This document shows positions 36,126 through 43,209 of a DNA stretch of 43,209 bases, piece after piece. The notes beneath the pieces were generated by a model that made no database searches, had not been told where the DNA came from, and saw only the letters and a program-made list of their open reading frames with translations. The DNA comes from Macrostomum lignano (Eukaryota). Position numbers and translations under genes: made by a program. The first letter of the stretch is position 1. The number at the start of each line of letters is the position of its first letter. The DNA is taken from positions 1-43,209 of the forward strand of contig NIVC01000972.1 of assembly GCA_002269645.1 (NCBI GenBank), in the 5' to 3' direction.

Positions 36126-36714
36126 TTTCCCGTCGTTAGTATTCGACCAGTCGTCGGGCTCCTCGAGCGGTCGGCATCATCACCAGCGTCATCATCCCTA
36201 CGCTTATTCACTATTCTCTAGCGCCTCGTCTGACCGCGCGGGCACCGAAGTTTCTGACAGCGGTGCCGCCGGAGCTTCCAGCTCGTCAGCTGGCGCCGGC
36301 AGCGAGGTGTACAGACTGCGACTAAGCCGATCTGGCGGCGGAGCGACCGGCGGCGGTGCTTCGGGCGGTGCAAGCGCCAGTGTAGTTGGGCAGGGCGAGT
36401 TGGACCAGCTCATCCAGAGCCTGTTCCAGCAGGTGTTTGGCATTGTTGGCGATTTAGACAATTACGCACTAGGCGTTGAAAGTCTGGACAATGTGGTCAC
36501 GCAGCTGATGAACCAGCTCGATGGCGGCGGGCCGCCTCCGGCTACGCCTGACGATATGCGCCGAATCCAGTCAGTGGCCGTCACTGAACAGCAGCAGTCG
36601 GACAAGCTGCAGTGCTCCGTGTGCTTCGACGAATTTTTACTAGGCTGCTATGTTGACCAGCTGCCCTGCCAGCACTGCTTTCATCACAACTGTATTCGGC
36701 CATGGCTGGAGAAG
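36126..36714 (+). CDS. RNF115/RNF126-like: RNF115/RNF126-like, coding exon 3 (linker, NYALG..LDNVVTQLMNQL..GPPPA motif, most of RING-H2)
   Basis: Acceptor ccatttgcttcag| in phase 2; CSVC..LPCQHCFHHNCIRPWLEK; donor aag|gtttgc. Confidence 0.92.
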
Positions 36715-37019
36715 GTTTGCTTAAATTGATTTATTGTCAATTATAGCTTGTCTGCTTGATTATTTGTCTGCAAGGAGAAATTATCCAGCGATAAAATGAT
36801 GGCCATAGGTTGCGAATAAACAAAACCATGGTTTAATGCTTTAATTATCCTTAATTTCGACAAGCAAGTCTTCGAAAAAATCAATTAAAACAGACAAAGT
36901 TGCTTTTCAAGTAAATTTAGATTATCTTTCTCTAAAATACTACTGCACACAGCAGAAACAGTAGTAGTATAAGTTGGCAAATTTTTGCTTTAATTGAAAT
37001 CCGATTCTCAACTCTGTAG

Positions 37020-37334
37020 CACGGCACCTGTCCAGTGTGCCGCAAGCGCCTCTCCGGTGAGGACACCTCCACACAGTCGTTTGCCGACCGGCGCGTCCCG
37101 GCCGCTGCCGCTACTGTCAGTGGCGCCAGCACGCGTCGATCATCCGTCGCTGTGCAGACGCCGCCGCCGCCGCGTCGGAATCTACGCCGCAGAATTGCCG
37201 CCGCTTCAGTGTTGCCGTCCGGCGGCACCGCCGGGTCGACTGCGTCGCGAAGTCGCGACCGAAGCGGCGGCGACGGGTCTGGCAGCGGCGGCGGCGGCAG
37301 CGGAGCTTCCTCGCACAGAATGGAAGAGGACTGA
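37020..37334 (+). CDS. RNF115/RNF126-like: RNF115/RNF126-like, terminal exon (HGTCPVCRKRL.. completes RING-H2); spliced product 341 aa
   Basis: Acceptor ttctcaactctgtag|; supplies the final CPVC; TGA at 37332-37334. Confidence 0.9.
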   Translation, partial: HGTCPVCRKRLSGEDTSTQSFADRRVPAAAATVSGASTRRSSVAVQTPPPPRRNLRRRIAAASVLPSGGTAGSTASRSRDRSGGDGSGSGGGGSGASSHRMEED

Positions 37335-37670
37335 CGCGGATAGAAGGACCTACGGCACCCCTTTCCCCGCTGCTACGGATGCGCGAGTAATCCCCGTGTC
37401 CGCATTCCATTTATCAGTATGCATCCCTATTGCTGAACTAATGCTGTAAGTCACTGTGGCTAACAAGCAAATGTAGAGCCGAGGTTTTATTTATGAAGCA
37501 AAAAAGTCGCAGAGCTGATTTTCAAGCTCGCCTGCTAATAACAATAATATTAATGATAACAATGTTAAGTATTATTCACAGATACTAGGATAGCTGGATT
37601 TGTCACCCGTTTAATCTGCACCAATCGCCTCTGGCTTTCCTGGCTCTGCCCGCGCTGGTGTCGACTTCTA

Positions 37671-37960
37671 TCCTCACTGCTCTCTCATAGGCTGAGCCAG
37701 ATTGAGCCTGTCCCCTAGGCTGAGTTTCGTCCGTCTGACTTTGATCTCTCTCCTCACTGCTCTCTCATAGGCTGAGCCAGATTGGGCCTGCCCCCTAGGC
37801 TGAGTTTCGTCCGTCTGACTTTGATCTCTCTCCTCACTGCTCTCTCATTGGCTGAGCTAGATTGGGCCTGCCCCCTAGGCTGAGTTTCGTCCGTCTGACT
37901 TTGGTCTCTCTCCTTACTGCTCTCTCATTGGCTGAGCCAGATTAGGCCTGCCCCCTAGGC
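37671..37960. repeat. 80-bp tandem repeat, ~3.6 copies
   Basis: Units start at 37671, 37751, 37831 and 37911. Confidence 0.95.
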
Positions 37961-39020
37961 GTTCACTTGTGCACATCAAGTTATATGATTGTCGTTCTTA
38001 ATCCCATATTCTCCTGAGGTCACAAACCCCAGAGGAAGGAAAGGAAATTTTAGCTGCCAGATTAAATTTAAGTGACACTGCGCAAACAAACTACTAAAAA
38101 AGTAGACGCGCTGCTTTTTCACATCTTTAATTGCGCGTGGCGTATTCAGTTATGCTGATATTTGTGCTATTATTATGTTGCCATTAATATGTTTTTTCTT
38201 CCCTTTTAAGTCTGTCAAGACTGTCCAGACTATTCAAGGGACAATTTTCGTCCCAGACTTTAACAAAGGTTACTTATATAAAAAATTTTGTTGGCTTTTA
38301 CTTTAGTTAATTGTATTATTGCTTGCTTGTTAAGTAAATAATTTTTTAAACAAACAAAATGTTGCTAAGTTTTGGGTGCCGCTATTATTATTAATTTCTT
38401 TGAGTCTTATAAACTTATTACTAATGTATGAGTTGGGCATTTCAGAGTAAAACTTTCTATTTTTTCTGCTATGGTAAAATATATCTTTTTAATTTGTTCT
38501 TGAAATTGCAAGGTTTAAAGGTACGAGTTGTTTTAGGCCCCGAAAACTCAGTTAACTACTCTTAAGTAATCTTGTTCTAATTTTAATTACATTTTTATGC
38601 TCTGTATAAGAGAAAAAATGTAATGTAAGACAAATTTTAGGCTCGTTTATTTAAACCAGTGTGTGATGGATCGTAAGGTAGTTATTTTTAATATCGCCAA
38701 AACAAGTCGCGAAGCAATGTACTTTTCTTTCTAGCAACTTAAGCGTGTCTGACTGCACTTCCCGATCAGATCTGTTACTTCGATAAGAAAAATATATGCT
38801 CTTGTTATATTTGTACTCTGCCGTGTGCAGTGTTGGCTACCTATTTCAGCATGTGGTGGCTTTATAAGTTTGTTAAATCTTAAATATATGTTTCTTTAAC
38901 TGTTAACCTGTTTCTTGGTTCTTATATTCGTAATTTAACGACACTGGTCATTGGTCAATATTTATGGTGGCAACTCTCTTTAAAAATAATCCTGCAGACT
39001 CCGGGTAGAATCAGCATAAG

Positions 39021-40350
39021 CAATTCTACACGCTACGGGTGGACATTACTCATAGGCAACCAATTCTACACGCTACGGATGGACATTACTCATAGGCAAC
39101 CAATTCTACACGCTACGGGTGGACATTACTCATAGGCAACCAATTCTACACGCTACGGATGGACATTACTCATAGGCAACCAATTCTACACGCTACGGAT
39201 GGACATTAGTCATAGGCAACCAATTCTACACGCTACGGATGGACATTACTCATAGGCAACCAATTCTACACGCTACGGATGGACATTACTCATAGGCAAC
39301 CAATTCTACACGCTACGGATGGACATTACTCATAGGCAACCAATTCTACACGCTACGGATGGACATTACTCATAGGCAACCAATTCTACACGCTACGGAT
39401 GGACATTACTCATAGGCAACCAATTCTACACGCTACGGATGGACATTACTCATAGGCAACCAATTCTACACGCTACGGATGGACATTACTCATAGGCAAC
39501 CAATTCTACACGCTACGGATGGAAGATTAATCATAGGCAACCAATTCTACACGCTACGGATGGAAGATTAATCATAGGCAACCAATTCTACACGCTACGG
39601 ATGGAAGATTAATCATAGGCAACCAATTCTACACGCTACAGATGGAAGATTAATCATAGGCAACCAATTCTACACGCTACAGATGGAAGATTAATCATAG
39701 GCAACCAATTCTACACGCTACGGATGGAAGATTAATCATAGGCAACCAATTCTACACGCTACAGATGGAAGATTAATCATAGGCAACCAATTCTACACGC
39801 TACGGGTAGAGGATTAGCCATCCATAGACATTATCGATTCTGCACTCTCTGGGTAGAGAATTAGCCATAGACATAACCAATTCTGCATTATCCAGGTAGA
39901 GGATTAGCCGTAGACGTAACCGATCATGTCCGCTCCGGGTAGAGGATTAGCCATAGACGTAACCGATCCTGCACGCTACGGGTAGAGGATTAGCCATAGA
40001 CGTAACCAATCCTGCACGCTACGGGTAGAGGATTAGTCATAGACATAACCAATCCTGCACGCTACGGGTAGAGGATTAGCCATAGACATAACCAATCCTG
40101 CACGCTACGGGTAGAGGATTAGCCATAGACATAACCAATCCTGCACGCTACGGGTAGAGGATTAGTCATAGACATAACCAATCCTGCACGCTACGGGTAG
40201 AGGATTAGCCATAGACATAACCAATCCTGCACGCTACGGGTAGAGGATTAGCCATAGACATAACCGATTCTGCACTCTCTGGGTAGAGAATTAGCCATAG
40301 ACATAACCACAATTCTGCATGATCCGGTTAGAGGAGTAGCCATAGACATA
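39021..40350. repeat. 40/41/43-bp minisatellite array (caattctacacgctacggatggacattactcataggcaac and derivatives), ~31 units
   Basis: Periods of 40 (39061 to 39101), 41 (39541 to 39582) and 43 (40081 to 40124) measured directly. Confidence 0.95.
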
Positions 40351-41869
40351 TCACATAAACCATGCACGCTCCAGAGAGAATTAACAATTTAATTGCTTAG
40401 ACACTCAATCTGGAATTCAAAAGTTATGTTTTTCTAATCAAAAAACTTATTGTGAATAATGGCTGCTGAAAATGCTTATGTGAATATTTGTTTTAGAGGC
40501 TAGGTAAAATGTAGAATAACAATCAATCCTACACATTTCAGTATCATTGCTACCAGTTTTAAGCTTATACTTTTTTAAAGTGGCAGTGAGCAAAACCAAG
40601 CAGTGCGGGTAGTAAAATTTTGGACAATAAACGCTTTAGGACGCATAAGAGCTTGCAAAACACAAAAACTAGCCATGGCTATGTGCTCCCACTATTAGGC
40701 CTTGCATCTGCCTCTGTCGAGCGAGAAGGGTTATGTTATTATTGTCAGCCGCATTTCTTTTACCCACCAAAGTCTTGAACAATCAAGTCCCAAAAGCAAT
40801 TCGCTAAGATGGTCCATTTAGACTAGGCTAAAGTAAATCCACCTGACGCGAGCTATAGAGCTATAGTCGCTGTTTGTATGCCGCATAGAATTGAATAGCC
40901 GATGCCCGTAGGAATACAATGGAGCTGGCTTCATTCGGCGATACGCCTTGCCCACTCTACGCTCGTATATGCATTTAAACTGCTCGACGAGTGTATCTTT
41001 TCTAAAAGCCTCGAGAGATTCGTGTAGGCTAAAAAAGACGCTGAAATGCCCCCAGGCTATTGCTTGCATTGCACTGCACTCAGTATAGGCTATAAAACCA
41101 TCTCAGTGCTTTGCACAGCTCAACTACATTATAACTTGCTGCCCTTTCTGACGAAAGAAAACCGTCTTGTTTGTTATTTTTAAAAGTTGGTCGAGCGCCA
41201 GGTTAGCTGGGGGTAGAAAAGCTACGAAAGTAGGTTGAATTTTCATTGCGGCGGGTTACGCATCATTGAAGACCAAACCGAATCTGGTCAAACCAGTTAA
41301 TATCGTCAAAGTGATGAAAGTTCATCCGAGTCGAGATGCAAGACTGGCATGCTTGATAATAATAATTGCAGGGCGGGAACCCTGGCGCTATGCCTTGAAA
41401 TTTTATTCTGTCGTGAACTCTGCTGATGTAGCCATGCAGATATCGCTTTTACCAAAGTTGCTTTAACTAGATGACCTTCTATGCGCAGATGCAGGGCATA
41501 GAAAAGCCTGGATCACAACGCCGCCCTCTGGCAGTTGGGTACTGCCTCGGACTGCGGGACTGCCTTTACGGAACGATAAGCAGCTCAGGCAAGCCAGCTC
41601 TTCGCGAACGTCGGGAACCAGAAAGTGTCGGCCTTGATGTCGTCTGGCTCGCAGAGCACGATGGTCTTCTGCGTGTTGACCACAGACAGGCTGTCTTGAC
41701 TTACTTAACTTAGCTGCAGGGGGCACCGATCGTGGCGGATGCAGCGAGGAGGAGGAGGGAACTGCCCAGTTCGCAAACCCCTGGCGACCAAAGTAATGTT
41801 TCTCGGGCACACCCGTGGGTCTCGCCTGCAGCGCGGCCCTCGTCGCCAACTGTGGGGAAGAACTCAGAA

Positions 41870-42897
41870 ATCACAAGAGGGGAGAGGGACACGGGATTGC
41901 CTGCAATTCCAGGTGTTGTGCCATCTGCGAAGATACTCGGGGTTAACCCTGAAGCGGGAGTTGATCACCGAGACGGGTATGGAGCTACTGGGTTCGCATC
42001 AGAAGTGTCTAATTTGTGACAAGTTCATTACTAATTTCCCCTCGGGCTTCACGCCTGAGAAGACACTCATTCCACACCTGGATTATATCCGTCGCGACGT
42101 TCAACACATCCACCTCAATTTAAACGTGGTGAACTGTAAACCCCCCTCACTAATTCTCAGGAAGGGCTTCAAATGTACGAGCTACTCTGGAACCACCCAC
42201 CAGACGTGGGCACCAATTCCGGAGAAGTCGCGGCATTCACTGTTTCACTGACGGATCCCTGTGCGACGGCCTGGCTGGCGCGGGTATTACTCAAAATGTC
42301 TATGGTAATTTACGTTAAGGTAATGGCATTCAAGCAATGACCGGTCATTGTTTGAAATTGAAATTAAAGCTATTTACTGCATGGGATATCATTTTAGAAA
42401 ACGAACGAGTCTATGAGCGTAAAATAAAATAGTCTATGGTTGTTAGTGGGGTTTTCGCCCCCAACAGCCCCATTCCCCATTCCCACTCGGATCCTGATGG
42501 ACAAATAGACCAATGAAGTTAGCTGGAAGTGAGAAAACCGCTGGAAGTTAGCTGGAACGGCTCGTGTCTATGGCCATTACCATGAATTCTCACTTCCAGA
42601 CAATCCCGCATTTCCGTTTTCCACAAGGGTGAGGCTATCCTGCCAGAGAGTCTTCATGTCGGTAAGAATGTCTCGGTTTTTTAATCCAAAGTCATGGCCA
42701 TCAACCAGTGTGCTGAGCAGTTGCACAAAGCTGGCATCAGCAGCTTTGACATAAATTTTTGCTCACAGAGTTGATCACCGAGACGGGGATGGAGCTACTG
42801 GGTCCGGCCTCAGAAGCGTCCCGGCAGAGCCAGACTTGGCCAGCAGGTCAGCCGAGGAAACCGGGATCCATTTGAGATTACCTCATTGCCCAGCGCC
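41870..42897. mobile_element. rearranged non-LTR retrotransposon debris with RNase H motifs on both strands
   Basis: Plus 42232-42288 GIHCFTDGSLCDGLAGAGI (RNase H TDGS motif). Minus 42890-42820 GNEV-[26 nt]-ADLLAKSGS. Minus ~41990-41900 SSIPVSVINSRFR..YLRRWHNTW (post-RNase H helix). ~50 bp duplicated at 41958 and 42768. Recognised by eye only. Confidence 0.55.
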
Positions 42898-43209
42898 GTC
42901 AGTCAGTCAGTCAGTCAGTCAGTCAGTCAGTCAGTCAGTCAGTCAGCCAGTCAGTCAGTCAGTCAGTCAGTCAGTCAGTCAGTCAGTCAGTCAGTCAGTC
43001 AGTCAGTCAGTCAGTCAGTCAGTCAGTCAGTCAGTCAGTCAGTCAGTCAGTCAGTCAGTCAGTCAGTCAGTCAGTCAGTCAGTCAGTCAGTCAGTCAGTC
43101 AGTCAGTCAGTCAGTCAGTCAGTCAGTCAGTCAGTCAGTCAGTCAGTCAGTCAGTCAGTCAGTCAGTCAGTCAGTCAGTCAGTCAGTCAGTCAGTCAGTC
43201 AGTCAGTCA
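42898..43209. repeat. (GTCA)n microsatellite running off the window end
   Basis: Read directly; one gcca variant. Confidence 0.99.

Noticed and set aside
21610-37334. Neighbouring PY-motif protein and RING E3 ligase as a ubiquitination cluster
   Set aside because: PY motifs bind HECT/WW ligases, not RNF115/126; adjacency in an animal genome is weak evidence.
38211-38268. 58-nt exon-like segment (SVKTVQTIQGTIFVPDFNK) with good splice sites
   Set aside because: No compatible partner exons or homology recognised.
41585-41698. Minus-strand codon-biased stretch DSLSVVNTQKTIVLCEPDDIKADTFWFPTFAKSWLA*
   Set aside because: Under 40 codons between stops with no good acceptor; cannot be told from TE debris without a search.

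Overview
Repeat-rich DNA from an intron-containing animal genome. It looks like a lophotrochozoan invertebrate, possibly a flatworm such as Macrostomum, but the host is an inference from genome style only. Five protein-coding genes can be assembled by hand from GT-AG sites with consistent phases; the ORF track shows them only in fragments. (1) A minus-strand PH-domain/coiled-coil gene, at least 6 coding exons, 9550->1611. (2) A minus-strand 2-exon four-TM (TMEM272-like) gene, 16346->13445. (3) A plus-strand neuropeptide precursor, 18499-19134, with 17 copies of xM(Y/H)SGLL-amide. (4) A plus-strand 3-exon Shisa/CX-like type I membrane protein with PY motifs, 21610-25705. (5) A plus-strand 4-exon RNF115/RNF126-like RING-H2 E3 ligase, 29411-37334. 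Between and inside the genes are four long tetranucleotide microsatellites, about ten minisatellites, two CORE-type SINEs, an internally deleted Tc1/IS630 element with 232-bp perfect TIRs, several MITE-like elements and RNase H-bearing LINE debris. The main leads are the SGLL-amide precursor (vertebrate-tachykinin-like C-terminus, with an 18th copy interrupted by TAG) and two sharply bounded CpG-erased domains. Each domain coincides with a first coding intron and shows hints of C-to-T mutation outside CpG. All counts are by hand and no database search was possible.
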